Source: Protoeuglena noctilucae
Taxonomy: Eukaryota
Reading direction: 5' to 3'
Assembly: GCA_958009085.1 (NCBI GenBank)
Contig: OY253670.1
Span: 1,240,001 to 1,304,000 of the forward strand
Length of the DNA: 64,000 bases
Both the position numbers and the translations under genes were made by a program. This document shows, piece by piece, positions 27,620 through 42,948 of this stretch. Numbering within the stretch: position 1 is the stretch's first letter; each line of letters opens with the position of its first letter. The notes under the pieces were generated by a model. It was not told the origin of the DNA. It did no database searches and was given only the letters and a program-made list of their open reading frames with translations.

Positions 27620-29976
27620 ATGTCTGCCGTTGCGCAAGGTGCGCAAGCTGACCTTGCGGGCGACGAGTTCGGCAAACGGAATCGTAACGATCGCTATGTT
27701 GCTGTCGCGGTCGACGAAGGCGGGGAAGCGGGGTCCACCTCGGCACACTGCCCCTGCGACGCGGCCTCCTGGGCGCACTGCAATCGCGGGAGCTTGGCAG
27801 TCCGCCTCATGCTTGCTTGACTGGCCCCTCCGACCACAGGTCAACGCTTCCAGCAGCCGGGGGCGGGCAGTATGCAGCCCGGGGTGGGGGTTCAGGACGG
27901 CAAGCCCTTGCCGCGCAAGACCAAGTCGAAGAGGAAGAGTCTCGATGCCGTTCAGGCCTACGCAGCCGCGGAGGTGGCCCAGCAAATTCGGAACGCCATC
28001 GCGACCCACCAGGCAGGAGGGCCCCGCGCTGGCCTGGCCATGCCACGCCCCGCAGCCGCCCGCGCCGCCCCTCCCGCCGCCCCAACGCCCCGGAACCTCA
28101 CGACTTTCGTCTCCTGCGTCTCCCCCAGGGCGATGCGTCCCCAGCGTCTTCGCAAGGGCACGGGGAGGAGCCCGCGCCCCTGAAACCCTTGATCCAGGGG
28201 CCCGAGGACATGACCGAGGTGCCGGGCGCAGGCGACGCGCGACGCCTTTGGAAGGGTGCCGATCGGGGTCGTGAGCCCGCGCGCTCCTCCCCCGCAGGGG
28301 ATGACCCATCCGAGGACCATCCAGTGTGGCAACATGGTCATGACGTACGGCGCGGCGAGCTTCGTCGGGATGCACCCGACGCAGGCGGCCAAGGTCAACC
28401 AGGACGCGTGGGTCGCGGTGGAGAGTTTCCTCTCCAACTCCCGCAAGTGCCTCCTGGGCGTCTTCGGTCAGTGTGCCCTCGCTGGCCCACGAGCAGTGCG
28501 GCGCGCCTGGTGCCGGCGCCCACCGTCCCCGTGTGCCCTTTCGACGCAGACGGTCACGGCGCCAACGGGCACCTCGTCTCCAACTACCTGGTCGCTGCCG
28601 TGCCCATGGCGTTGGCGGCCGCGCTCGAGTCGGCCCCGTCCGTCAGTCAAGCGTGGGCCCAGGCCTTCTCGTCCTGCCACTCGGAGGTGAGCCAAGCCCG
28701 CTGCTCTGTGCAGCCGTGGCGCCGCGTGCGCACCCGGTGGCGGCGCCAGTTCCGACGGAACCTAACCACTCCGGGCTGACCGCAGCTCAAGCGCCACCCG
28801 ACCATCAACGCCAACATGTCGGGTTCCACAGCCGTCGTCTGCCTCCTGGACGGCAACGAACTCGTCGTGGGCAACCTGGGAGACTCCCGATGCGTCGTGG
28901 GGGGCATCCAGGACAACGAGACCACGGCACAGGTGCGGATGCATCTCAGTCGTTCCACGCATCGAGGGAGAGGACATGGCTGCCACTGATGCCACTGGTC
29001 GATCGATCCCGCTTGCGCAGGCCATGTCCAGGGACCACACGCCGGAGCTGGAGGAGGAGAAGCAGCGGGTGATTCAGATGGGCGGGGAGGTCCGGCCTCT
29101 GCTGTTCCGGGGGCAGGGGTTTGGGCCACCGCGCGTGTGGGTGCGGGGGAGCAACCGGCCCGGCCTGTGCATGACGAGGTCCTTTGGCGACATTGGTGCG
29201 TGCGGGAGACGCTGGGAGTGCTGGAGCGGGACGCGGTTGTAATTTTGGCCTTGCGACATCCACCGAACATCTCCCTTGCACCCGCAGTGGCCCACATGGT
29301 GGGCGTCTCGCACCTCCCCGAGCTGCAGTTCCTCACCCTCCGATCGACGGATAAGTACATCGTCGTGTGCTCTGACGGCATCTCCCAGGTGCCGAACCGC
29401 ACAAGCGCGTTGCATGGCACGGCAGGTGGCAAGATGCGCTGACCGTCGACGCCCTGATCTCCGGGCTCGCCCACAGTTCCTCGATGACCTCGCCATCATT
29501 GACATTGTCCACTCGCGCGCCGAGCTCGGCCACGAGCCCCACGAGGTGGCGCGCTACCTATGCCGCCGGGCGGCCGAGGAGGTGCGTGGCGCGGCGCGCA
29601 CTGCACTCTCCAAGCGCCGACGGCAGCCGCGCATTTTTTGTTCGACTTGGAGGAGAGCGATAGAGGTGGCTCTCATGTGACGTGTGCCCCCCTGTTGTAG
29701 TGGCGCAAGTACGACACGTCGATCGACGACTGCACTGCCATCGTGGCGTTCCTGGACGTGGAGGACGACGAGGGGGAGTGCAGCCGGTTCTCGGACGAGC
29801 ACAGCAACCACGTGGAGGACGAGCAGGGGGCACACACGTCAGCGGCGGCCAGGGCCGTCGCAAGGAGCGCGTCGATGCAGATCCAAGCCAACATGCCGCT
29901 GGCCACAGTCCCCAGCGCCACTGGCTCCGGCCACCGCATCCATCAGCGCCGCACGAGCATGCCGGGCCTCAGGTGA
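27620..29976 (+). CDS. Protein phosphatase 2C (PPM family)
   Basis: KVNQDA, GVFDGHG (spliced), SGSTAV, GNLGDSR, SRDHTP, GLCMTRSFGD, VCSDGI, DDCTAIV. N-terminal exons are less certain. Confidence 0.9.
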
Positions 29977-30646
29977 GCTCAGGCATGGGAGTCCGCGTCG
30001 TCTTTTGCGGGGAGGCGAGCAAGGTGTCGCAAGACTGGCCCGTGCCTTGAGTATCTCGCAGGCCACAGAACCCGGTGCTGCCGACTGAGTCCGGGGATAT
30101 GGCTGGGCAGCTGCCACCGGACATGCAGGGCTTCTCCATGCGCCGGCTGAAGGATGCTTTATCCCTCAAGTCCGGTGCGCTCGGGCGCATGTTCCGACGG
30201 AGAGTCAGCCTGCCCGGTGAGTGGCCGCACGAGGAGCAGTCGCGGCAATGAGGCAGAGCTTTCCGTCTCACGTGTCGGCCACCCCTGCGTGCCGCAGGTG
30301 GGCCACAGGCCGTGCGGAACATGCCGGGCCAGCCCTCGCTGCCCGAGCTCCCGAACGAGTGACGGCCGCGATTCGTGATAGACGTGACGACGTTTTCGAC
30401 CCATCCTGAAGCGCAGCGCCAAGCTTTTCTCTCGAGGTTGCGCGCGCTGACACATGCTTGCAATAGAAATCTGCTCTGTTGAAGACAGGACATCATTGGC
30501 ACCGGCCTTGCAATCTGCGGCTGGTTCAGCGACGCAATGGGGACCCTCGGTGAGGCACCAAGTTGTGCAAAAGGGTGCTGCTGCGCCCGCTGGGGCCACC
30601 AAAGGCCAATACTTCGTGCCATCATCGCGCAGATCTCGACACGTAC

Positions 30647-31948
30647 ATGGATGTGTGGTTCGCGGCCTGTGCGGGCCCGGACGCGAGGGCCCAGCTCCTC
30701 TCGAGGTTCTCTCGCGGGCAACTCGAGTCCTCGTGCCTCGCGAGCGGGCTCCGCGTCGCATCCAAGCTCACGAAGGCGGAGGTCGTAGATAAGGTCTGGG
30801 CGCGGACGAGCTTCCGCGACCCATCGATCCGCAGAGCGTGCGCAATTTGCAATGCCAAACTAACACGCTTCTGCCCTTCCCACAGCTCCTCTCGGAGGGA
30901 ATGGCGGCGCCCATTTGCGCCAACGGAGGCGTATCCATCGCGCAGGCGCAGCTGGCGCCTTCGGGGACCTACACCGGGGCTGTGAGCTTGCGCCGAACCC
31001 TGGGGCCTGGCTTCGCGCTGACCTTGCTGGGCGAGAGCGACGAGTTTTTGGTCGAGCAGGACGCCCACGCAAGGAGTCCCGCGCCGTCCCCTTCGCCGAG
31101 CGCACCGAATGTCGCTGGCCCCGGTGGCGAACCAGGTGGCACAGCCCAGGCCACGCCAGGCCAGGCCGAGGCCGCTTTGCCTGGGCCCCCCGTGGATGCC
31201 CCTGCGATGCCCACGTTACCGACGTGAGAGTCCATACCGCTGGTTTCCTGTGTCGCTTGCGGAAAGCACGATCGTCAGCACAGCACGTTTCGTTCTTGCA
31301 GGGAGGCGTTCCTGGCTGTCAAGGAGGACCTCGAAGCCCTCGAAGCACGGAACATTCTGCTGTTCTCCAGGCCCGATCTCAGTGAGGCGGCGGGGTCTTT
31401 GGAAGGATACAGGCGCGTCCGGGGCTGCCTGAACCAACAGCATGCGTGCTCCATGCGAGAGGGGTCATGGTGGTTTCCACTGGGCACCCGGATGCAGGGT
31501 TGTGGTGGCCATTCCGGAAGAGCTGGAGGCGGACGGCGAGGACGGAGTGACGGACTGCCTCGTCCAAGGCTTGCACGTGGGCCTGGTGGGGCCGCGTATG
31601 GGCTCCGACCACGACGCAGACGCGTGCGCCCCCGGTTGCTGCCAGTCCCACGAGTGGCACACGGTGTATTTCCCGTCGGCCCCGCGGGGACGCGTTCCCC
31701 CGAGCAGCAAGCGCAGGATGCTGGAGCTCCAGGCAAGCGATGGGTGCTGCACCCAGGCGTTCGACAGCCCCGGCGTGGTGGCTAAGAGCGAGCGTCAACA
31801 GCTCACGCCGACGGCTCACGTCGCGCAGGTCGACCTGGCCACCCATCTTCAAGTGACGGACCTGTCGCGGCTGCCGGCCATGGGGGTCGCCGAGCTCAGC
31901 GACATGTGGATCCTGGCCAAGCCGCCCCGGCACGGGCACCATGCCTGA
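30647..31948 (+). CDS. Hypothetical protein, about 5 exons
   Basis: Exons join in frame through GT/GC-AG introns (MDVWFAAC..KAEVVDK|LLSEG..|EAFLAVKEDLE..|RVVVAIPEE..|VDLATHL..). No family recognised. Confidence 0.55.
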
Positions 31949-32027
31949 GGGGCCATGACATGCGTTCTGCATGTGCGCCGTCGTTGGCCGATTCAAGTGT
32001 GCTCTGTGTGCTCTACTGCAGCGCCCT

Positions 32028-33376
<1,349 letters not shown>

Positions 33377-33497
33377 CGTGCGGAAGCTGGAGAGCGGCGG
33401 GAGGACGAGGCGGGGCACAAAACGCATATATTCAAGATCCACGGCGTCGGGAGCGCCGATACAGGGTGCACCACGAGCTCGCTAGTTTTCTGACATG

Positions 33498-35465
33498 TCA
33501 CTCGGCCGGCTCGGCCGGCTCGGCTGCCGGGGGCCCCTCGTCAGCATCCGGATCCCAGTCTTCGGATAGCCAGCGCGCCGCCTCCTCAGGGAACTCGGCC
33601 TGCATCGCCTCCACGAGGGTCTGTCGGATGTTGGGCACCGCATCGCTGGCCACCACCGCAGCCACCACAGCCGCGTCCGACACGTCCTCCGCTGCCACCT
33701 CCTCCACGCTCTCGGCGGCGGCGTCGAAGGCCCCTTGGACCTTCTCCTGCGTGCGAGCCAGGTTCCCCACAATCAGCCACCTGACATGCACATGCCACGG
33801 CTGCCAAGCGGCCTGGCCATCCCACGTTGCCCCACCTCGTACTCGTCGGAGCCCTCCTCGAGGCCCTCGGTTCGCGCCTCCTCGGCCGCGGCAGCCCGCG
33901 CCCGCGACCCCGCCTCCTGCCGCTGCGCCTCGGTCGCCGCCTGCGCCCCCTCTGCCGCACGCGCCTCCAAGTCCGCCCGCGTCTGCGCCGCGATCTCCTC
34001 CGGGATCGCGCGCGGTTCCATCTCGCCCAGGGCCCAGGAGGCGTGCACAGCGAAGAGACGGTCCTCCCGGAGCGCCTTCTTGCGACGCAGCTGCACGGAG
34101 GGACGCAACGTTGCACGTTTTCATCCGCCGTCTCAGCCGAGGCCCGACGCCCAGGAGCACGCCGGCAACCACCCGTTTGCTCACCTCGGCCTGCCTCCGC
34201 GCCTCCTCCTCGCGGCGGCGCTCCTCGTCCAGCCGCGCCTGCTCGGCACGCTGCTTCTCGTCCCGCAGCATGCGGACGGCCTGGAGGACGATGGCGTGCA
34301 CCGCGTGCCGGGCGGTCGCCTCCCGGCTGAGGTGCGCCGTCGCCTGGTCGAACAGCGCGGGCAGGAATGAGCCCTGCACCTCGCGCTCCACGGGGTCGAA
34401 GAACACGCCCTGGTCGCGCAGGTGCTGGAAGACGGTGCCCACGAGGCCGTTGAGGTAGCCGCGCGCGAACGCGCACGCCGCCACCTTCTCCCTGCGGGCG
34501 CGGTCGGCGCAGAGGAGTGAGGCTGCCGCCGCCCTGGCCGGGGGAACTCCACCTGTGCCACATGGCACGCGAGCTCGCACCGGACGGTCCTCTCGCGCTC
34601 GACCCGCTGGCGCTCCTGCGCGAGACGCCTCTCCTTCTCCTGCATCTTGCGCTTCTCGGCCTCCTCCATGCGCTGGGTGGCGATGAGCTCGGCGTTGCGG
34701 ATCTGCTCGAAGTGCTCCTGGTGCGCCCGCATGGCCGCCAGCTCCTCCTCCTCCTGCACCTCCATGAGACCCTGCTCCAGGACCTTGCCCACGAGCACCT
34801 CCAGGATGGGCTCCACCTCGAAGTCGAAGTCGAACAGGTCGCCCGGCTCGATCTGCGTCTCGGCGTCCATGCCCGTCTTCTGGGGCATGAAGAGCGGCGT
34901 CGGCGGGCGGTCGATGAAGGCCTCCGTCTGCGTCGTCGCGTCCTCCTCGGGCACGATGTCCGTCAGCTCCTCCAGGTACGCGTCGGTCTGGATGTCGATG
35001 TGACGCCGGCCCTCCACGGGCTCCGGGGCGCCCAGCGGCTGGGGCTTCACGCCCGTCGAGCCCCTCGTGCTCCGCTTGAGCGTCGACATCGTCGTCGTGG
35101 GCTCGACGGGAAGGATCTGCGGGTGGTACGAGGGCAGCGTGACGCACAGGCCCAGGGACAGGTCGCTCGCCCCTGGCAACCCGCCGTCGCTCACCCGTGC
35201 CGCGTAGGTATTCCCGCGAACGACGCGCCGATCAAACATGATGTTCGACGCCATCATGGCGGGGTTCTCCTCCGGGTCTCTGCACATGGACCAAGATGCG
35301 CTTGTCGCATTGCAGTCGAGCTCGCACGCATGCTTGCCGCCACGGCTCGCAAGCTGAGTGGAGTTCTAAACATAACAGAGACGGGGCTCACCGGTACTTC
35401 GCACGCCGCTGCGTCACGGCCTGAGGCTCGGACGCGTGCGTGTAGACCTGCTCCGTGTACGCCAT
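33498..35465 (-). CDS. RSP3: Flagellar radial spoke protein 3
   Basis: YTHASEPQAVTQRRAKYR, NIMFDRRVVRGNTYAAR, HIDIQTDAYLEELTD, DRPPTPLFMPQKTG.D.ETQI..GDLFDFDFEVEPILEVLVGK.LEQGLMEV.EEEEL. Confidence 0.96.
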
Positions 35466-35584
35466 TGACCACCCCGCTCCGACCCTGGGCCCCGCGTAGG
35501 AGCTCTAGCGCCGGGGACTCCGGAGCTGACCAGTCGAGACCCGCCGCCTCGCCGGGGCGCCTGCGCGGGGAGGGCCACCCTCGC

Positions 35585-36104
35585 ATGTTCAGAGCAGAAC
35601 GCCGCGCCGCGCGCGCGCTCGGGCCTGAGCTGGCACCGACTCAGAGCGATAGAACGCATAATTCCGTGCTTGACACACCTGAAGCGCTTGGAGCTGCTGC
35701 CGGGTCCCCGCCGGCGAGAGTGCCCTTGCCTGTGCGCCCTGCAGCTGTGCGGGAAAGCTACTCCAGCGGTGAGTGCGCGCGACTGGACGCGACGCCCAGC
35801 ACGTCCTCTACATGTACAGGAGCGACTGCATGTCAAGGGAGTCGGGCGGACGCGCTGGCGGGGACTGGGCGCGGTGCATGCACGGCTGACATGTTACTGC
35901 CCCCGCCCGCCGCCACGAGGTCTCGCTGGCGCCCCGCAAATGGCCTTCGAGGAAACACACATGGATAAGATATTCCTGGAGCCCGGCACTTCCCACAGGC
36001 CCCAACTGAGGTCGCAGGGGGCGAGGAAGGTCCCGCGCGCACCTGGTGCCGAGAAAGGCCCTGGCTCGACGGGCAATCAATCGCACAAATGCAAAAGCGA
36101 GTAA
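35585..36104 (+). CDS. Possible small hypothetical protein, 2 exons, divergent from RSP3
   Basis: ATG at 35585, strong donor G|GTGAGT at 35769, branch-like CTGAC near 35885 and an acceptor that keep the frame into MAFEETHMDKIFLEP... No known motif. Confidence 0.3.
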
Positions 36105-36624
36105 CAGCGAAGGCCCGCCACGCCGGAGAAGGCGGGCGAAGGCGGGAGATGCTCGGACCTCTCCTGGCTGCCGACAGGGGCCCGCACCGACACCGCAAGC
36201 CTCCAGCTGCTCTCTACATATCCGGTTATGGGAACGCAGGAGGGAAGGCGGAATGTGGGGCCCAGGCCTCACCTGCTGTCCGCCTGCTCGAGGATCCGCT
36301 GGGAAATGCACTGCAACGACTGCTATGACTCACACAAATGGTGATGTACAGGGGCGTGGCATCGCACGCCGCCTTGGCCGCATGCAGAAGGGCGCCCCGG
36401 CAGCGTCACTGACACGCAAGCTCAGGTGCATGCGGGTCGTCCTCCGGTGCCATCTGCCTCGCGTGGATGACGACATTTCTTAATTACGCTGCTTCGGCTG
36501 TTCACATTCCCTCCTCGCTTCGGCAACCGGCCCCAAAGGTGTTCGCACACATGGCTGAAGCACTGATGGGTCGCTTGCCGCCTCCCACGCGACCTCCTGC
36601 CACCGCATAGAGTCATGGGGTCCT

Positions 36625-39600
36625 ATGTCATCAGCGCGCGACTACCCCCGGTCTGAGGCCGCCTCGCTCGCCTCAGCGGAGACCGAGTCCGACCCGCTGC
36701 AGGTCTGGTGCTGCGCTGAGCGTTGTTTACGTGTGCGCGTTCGAGGCGTCGCAATGTACCTAATTGCCTGGCGTTGGAAGAGGGGCACGCAGCGCTTGGA
36801 TCCGCATGGGACCTGTATCCCACTCCCGCGCAGGTGGGCCTGCCGGACGGATGGTTTGTGGCCTACGACGACCAGGGCGATCCGTACTACTTCCACGAGG
36901 AGACGCGCGAAACGTCATGGGACCGACCGCCGGGTGAGGCTGGCGCTGCTTCCCTGGGGACAATGCTTGGGCTGGGGCATCGCAAAGGTTGCTCCCAAAG
37001 GGTTTCTCACCCAATGCCGCGGGCTCTCGATGCGTCTCATGCCTGCTCCTCTTGCAGGCTCATCTGCGCCCCTCTCCGCGGATGGTGCCAGGCCCACGCG
37101 CAGTGCGGCACAGCCGGGACCCGACGCGCCCCGGAGCCCTCCCCCAGCCTCCTCGTCCAGCCCAGCGCTGTCGCCGAAGCCGCCCGGCGATGAGGCCAGC
37201 CCCGCTGCGACGTCTGCCCCAGGGCAGGCGGGGCAGGGACCGCAGGACCCATTGACATCGCAAGGGGACGCCAGTGCCAACGCTGGGCCGCCCGCCCCAT
37301 CCAAAGGAGACTCTCCGAACTTCCGCGTCATGGACCACAACCCCTTCGCCATGCCCGCATCGCCGAGGCCGTCCGTGTCCGGCCCGGGCCCACCGTCACC
37401 AGGCCTCGCCCCGACCGCCGCGTCTCGGTGGCTGGAGCCGCTTGCCCGCACGATGCCCGTTTCGGCCGGGACGCCCGCTGGCGATGACGTCGACTTCTTT
37501 GAGGGTCTGCAGGACGCTTTCGGGACCGTAGCCGGCGACCAGGCGCCCGGCCACCCTCACGCCGCCCCGACCCACGCTTCGGGTGGGGCTGCCCCTTTGG
37601 CGCCCACGGCATCCGGCGGGTGGCCTGCGGGCGGGGGAGACTTCAGCAGACAGGCTGCGGCGTGGGCGGGCGGTGTGGGCGCGTCCGGGGGTCAGGTTGC
37701 TCAGAGCCAGCCGGCATACGGGGGAGCCCTGCCCTACACGCACACCCCAGGCTACGGGCTGGGGTATGCGGCTCACTCGCACGGTCCGCGGGTCGTCGCC
37801 GCGTCGCGTGTGTCAGCGGAGGGGCCCGCTTCGACGTCTGTCTACGGGGCGCATGGGGCATACGGTGCATACGGCCAGCAGGCGTGGGGCACGGGTCATG
37901 AGAGCACAGCCGTGGGGGCAGGGTCCTGGCAGTCTTCTGCGGCGACTGTGGGAACCAGCGGGGGCATGCCTGTGCAGGGCACGACGGGAGCGGGGTCCAC
38001 AGGTGCTGGGGCGTGGGATCAGGGAGGATCGGGCGGGGCGAATGGGGCGGGAGGGTGGGGCGGGAGCTGGGCTACAGGCGAAGCGAGCAGCGCAGCGGCC
38101 TCCAGCGCGTCGATGGCAGCGCAGCAGACCTCGCAGGGTTGGGGCGCAAGCACATATGCAGGCACAGCGACGGTGTGGGCCACTCCAGTGCCGTCGCGCG
38201 CCGCGGCCGGTGTCCCCTGGGTGCCTGGGACGGCGGCTATCGCGGGAGCAGCGCCGGTGACGTCGGCAGCGCCCTCTGCGGCCGCGTCGGGGGGTGAAGG
38301 CGGCTGGGGTGGCACTGGGCAGGGGAACACTTGGGCCCCTGCAGCGGCAGGGCAGAGCGGTGAGGTCGCGTGGGGGTGGGGATCGCAAGCATCGACAGGT
38401 GGCGGCCAGGAGCAGGCAAGCCAGGTCGGGGCGGGGTGGACCCAAAGCACGGACAGCGGGGGCGGGCAGCCGAGCGTCACAGCGTCACAAGGGTGGGGGG
38501 CCGGGCATGCGTCAGGCGGGCAGTCGTGGGGCGGGTGGAACTCTGAGACGTCCACGCACCCTGTGGCGGCTGCTGGGCAGGGCATGGCATCAGGGGCCGC
38601 ACATGGCAGCCACCCCGACCCCACGCAGCCCTGGTCGCCCCTCGGCGCGACGGGGACAGGGAACGCGGCCGCCTCCACCGCCCAGCTCTTAGCGGTTCCG
38701 AGTAACCATGCCGCGCCCGGTCCAGCGGGGCACCCTACGTTCATGCCGTCCCGGTCCGCCCGTACCCCAGAGATTGTCGACCGGCCGCCGGGGAGCTCCG
38801 CGGAGGCGCGCGTCTGCAACGTGGGGCGCGCGCCGGGCCTCGCCGCGTGCCTGGGCTTCGGCGGGCGGGTCGCCGTCGCAGGGGCCACCCCCGGTGCCGT
38901 GGGGGAGGTCATGGTGGCCCCTTGGCGGGCGTGGTGTTCGGGGGAGGCCCTGGGCCGAGCCTCCGCCGGAGCAGGACCGGAGAAGGAGGTGCCGGCGCCG
39001 GACGTGCCCCAGTGGGGCGGCGGCGCGGGTCCAGGGCTGCTGGCGGCGGGGGCGGGGACCTGGTCACGTGTGCTGGAGGAGCTAGAGGGGTTCCCAGCGC
39101 CCGTCTCGGCGTCGACCCGCGCCGCGCTGAGCGAGTACGTGGCCAAGAAGGCCGCGAGCGCAGACAGCGAGGACGCGGCGACGCTGTGGGGTCTGGTGCG
39201 GGCACGGCTTCTTGGGGAGTCGGGGCCGTCCTTAGCAGCGGTGCTGTTCCCACCGGCATCTGGGGGCCAGGCAGCCGAGGCGGCGATTGCGCAGTCGCTG
39301 CCGACGGCCTGGCTGGGCGGGCGGGGGCTGGCGGGGGCGGGGGAGGGGCCCTCGGAGGGTGCGACGCCGGGTGGGGCGACCTTTGAGGCGACCCCGGCAG
39401 AGATGGCGGCGGCGCAGTGCCAAGCTTGCCTGGTCCGGGGCGACATGTGGGGCGCGCTGCAGGCGGCGGCGCGGGGTCGTCTTTGGGGGGTGGCGGTGCT
39501 GGTGGCCTCGCGTCTGGGTGGCGAGGCACTGGCGCTCACGGCGGCAGCGATGGCGGCAGCTGACACCTCCCCGGGGTCACCGTTGCGGTGCGTGGGACAG

Positions 39601-42600
39601 GCGCCGAGCGGCGGGATGGTGATTGTGCTCTGCCACAGCATGGCGGGGCGAGCCAGCACACGCAACGCTCGCTTTGCCCACAGGTCTGCCCTGCTGACGC
39701 TGGGCGGCGCCCCGCAAGCAGCCTTCACGCCGCAGTCGGAGCTCATTGCGTCGATGGGGAAGCTCCTGGCCCCTCGAAAGGGCGACGATGCCGGGGAACT
39801 CAGCAAGGCGAGTCGGCACATGCAGCCACGCCCTCAGTCAACGCATGCGAGTGGTGGAGTCACACATGTGATGAGGCGTGGCATGGTCTCGTCACCCTGC
39901 ACTTGTCTGCCCCTGCCACGCAGACGGCGTCGTCCCTTGCCAGCATGGCCTTCTCTGCGCTGGGCCTGGCGCCCCGCGGGCAGAGGGCCCTGCAGCGGCA
40001 TCTGAGCTCCTCGTCTCTCAAGAGCACGAACGAGCATGGGGTGGCGAGCGGTGACACGCTCGATCTGGCGCCGTCACTGGCGCCAGCAATGGCCGCACCC
40101 CGCGCCGACCCCGCGCTCCTGGCACACTGGCGCCAGAACGCAGCGGCCCTTGTGTCGCTGCCTGGACCGAGCTCCGCAGAGGCTCTGGTGGCGCTGGGTC
40201 GGGCACTGCTCAGCGGGGCCGGCCAAGGCAGCGTGGCGCGGGGGCATGCGTGTTTGGTGGCGGCTGGGGCGGCGCCTGAGCCTCACGGCCCGAACGCGGG
40301 CGTCGTGCTGCTGGGCGGCGACCACCTGTTGGGCCGCGGGTACTGGACCCTGGAGGCGCTGCACCTGACTCAGCTGCACGAGGCCACGCTGGGACCCAGC
40401 ACGGCGCCGCTGGTGGGGCCGCGCGCCGCACGGGGCAGGGTCATGTGCTGCTGAACCGCTCATTCGGATGACAGTGCATGAAATGTGAACCCTCCATGCT
40501 TAGAGCTTGACTGGACTCCCCTGGATGACAGCTCCCTTGTCCCGACTGTCCTGCAGGGCTTGCATGTGCAGGCCTCCGTGCTTCCCTGGAGGCTCTTGCA
40601 CGCGCACTTGCTCGCGGAGATGGGCGTCTTGCCCAAGGCCCTGCAGTGCTGCTCTGCAATGGAGGCGTCGCTCAAGGCAAGTCCCCGATCCGGCGACCTG
40701 GGATGGGACGTCACAGGGTTATGCTGTGTTGCTTTGTTGACAAACGCGACTCGGCGTGAGATGCTGAGCTGCTTCGCGATGTGGAAGCTTCTCTGCCGTG
40801 GCCTCTCTCTTGCTGACTGCCATGGCACAGTGCGGTGTCACGCTTGCCCCCATCGCTCGTCTGGCGCCCGCAGGCGGTCGTGTCCGGTGGCGGTGGCATG
40901 CCGCCTTCTCTGGCGGTGTTCCACGACTACCTGACTCAGCTCAAGGACCGCCTCACCCACCACATGGGCGCCCTGGGATACGATGTCCAGCCGCAGGCGT
41001 CTGGGATCCTCGGCACCTTCACGCGGTGGATCGACATGGGGATCAACAAATTCGTCACCGGTGACCGCCTGGCTACTCTGCCTTCCCAAGTAGAGCTAGC
41101 GACACACGATGGTCGCCACCATGGCAGTCCCGGTGCATGCAAAACCCAGCTCACCTTCTGCCCTTTCTCACCCGCACGCAGGGTCCAGCCGGGCGCCCAG
41201 CCGCCCGCACTCCCGCAAGCCCTCCGACCTGCCCAACTCCTTCAGCGGCGGCCCTCCCGTGCCTCGCCACACCGCGTCGCAAATGGAGGCGTCTGCCCCG
41301 GCATCCTCACCCTCCGTCATCGCGGCGCCGTCGCCCGACAGCAGCGGCGCGGGCCACGCGGCCCCTGCGCCCCGCAGCTCAGGGCCCCGCTCTGCGATGT
41401 CTCTTTTAGGCCTCGGCAGGGACGGGGCACAAGACACCAGCGCCGTGGCTGCCAGCCCCAAGGATGCCACGCAAACGGAGGCGCTGGGCAAGCCCTCTGC
41501 GTCCTCGCCGCAGCTGGGGGACGTCAAGGGCGATGGACAGGACGGGGCCGGGAGCGGGGGCGGGTGGAGCATCCTGCGCGGGATCGTGAAGACGTTTAGC
41601 AAAAAGAAGGCGAGCGTTGGTGCTTTTGTGCCGTGTGTCGTGTCTATGGAGTCCATGTTAGTGGCCGGGGAACGTTGCGCGGCGCACAATCACACCGCCT
41701 CAGCTCGACTGGGCTGGGATTGGCTTGGCTGGGCTTGGCTGGGCTGGGTGAGGTGTGGGGCCTCTGATGTCGCATGTCGTCCCGTCGCAGGGCGGGAAGG
41801 AGATCAAGCTCGGGGATGAAAGCAAGTTCTTTTTCGACGAGAAGCTCGGATGCTGGAGGCAGGAGGGCGACGAGTCTGTCCCAGACGCAGGGCCCCCGCC
41901 GCCACCGCCCACCTCCGCCCCCGCCACGCCGACCCCCAGAGCCGACATCGCGGGCAGCGGGGGCGAGGCCAGCGCGCGGTCGTCCGCGACGGGCGCCTCT
42001 GCGTCCACGGCCGCTGCGGGGAGGCGGCCACGGTCCCGGTTCGTGGATGTTTTGGGAGAGGGGCCGCGTGACGCAGCCGCCCCCTCCGCCACTGCAAGCG
42101 TCAAGGGCCCGTCGCCGCTGGTCCCGGGCGCTGCAGCCGGCGCATCGGGTGCCGCGCCGGTCCCGTTCCGGCCGTTCATGCCCGTCGCATCCGACAGCGG
42201 CGGGGGTGGCGGCGCGTCAACTGGGGCGCCGCCCAAGCCCGCCGTCTTTGTGCCGGAGAAATCGTCGAGCACGCAAGGCGTGGGGGCAGGAGAGAAGAGC
42301 AACGAGCCGTCCACCGTAGCTGCGAATGGGTTTGGCTCTGGGGGCAATGGGGGCGCCGTCACGGGCAGCGAGGTCGGTCGAAGCAACGCACAAGATGGGA
42401 GCTCTGAGGTGGGACCTGGCGGTGAGGCGGAGTCCGCACCAGTGACGCGGCAGAGGTCTGCGGAGCCGTCTCTCGGGGGCAACGAGGGCGTCGGGATGTG
42501 GGGGGGACTTGGGTGGGGTGGCGATGGGGCGGGGGACGGTGGCGGTGCAGGCGTGGGTGGGAGTGGCTGGGGCGCCACGGGTGGGACGCCGAAAGTCGAT

Positions 42601-42786
42601 GGGGCGAGCGCAGAGGCTTGGGGGTCGTATGGGTACGCGCAAGGGGCCGGCGACGGGGGCGACAGTCTAGGGGCTGCGTACGGTGGGGTGGGTGGCGATG
42701 GGGTGGAGGGTGGGGTGGAGGGAGCGGCGAATGGCTCCGCTGGCTGGGGTGCGGTGGCAGCCGGCGACGACGGTGGCTTAGCATGA
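36625..42786 (+). CDS. SEC16: Sec16 (COPII/ER exit site scaffold)-like protein with an N-terminal WW domain
   Basis: WW exon LPDGWFVAYDDQGDPYYFHEETRETSWDRP. Sec16-like blocks: LGFGGR, LVRGDMWGALQAAARGRLWGVAVLVAS, HWRQNAAALVS, WRLLHAHLLAEMG, and C-terminal KLGDESKFFFDEKLGCW. Long Gly/Ala/Trp low-complexity regions. Confidence 0.78.
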
Positions 42787-42948
42787 CGAGCGACACGTGG
42801 TTGCAAGGCCACTCGTCCTTTCGCGGTGTTCGTTTCCTGACCAGCAGTTTCTTTCATGAGCAGGATTTCAGTTCACTTGGCCAGCATTCGCTTTCAACAG
42901 CCGAACTCTCGACAGCGGTCGCTATGCGAATGACTGAACCTCAGATGA

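Noticed and set aside
41708..41748. (CTGGG/CTTGG)n pentamer run; also 20-bp tandem pairs near 3117-3160 and 13354-13393
   Set aside because: Ordinary intronic or UTR micro/minisatellites with no sign of function.
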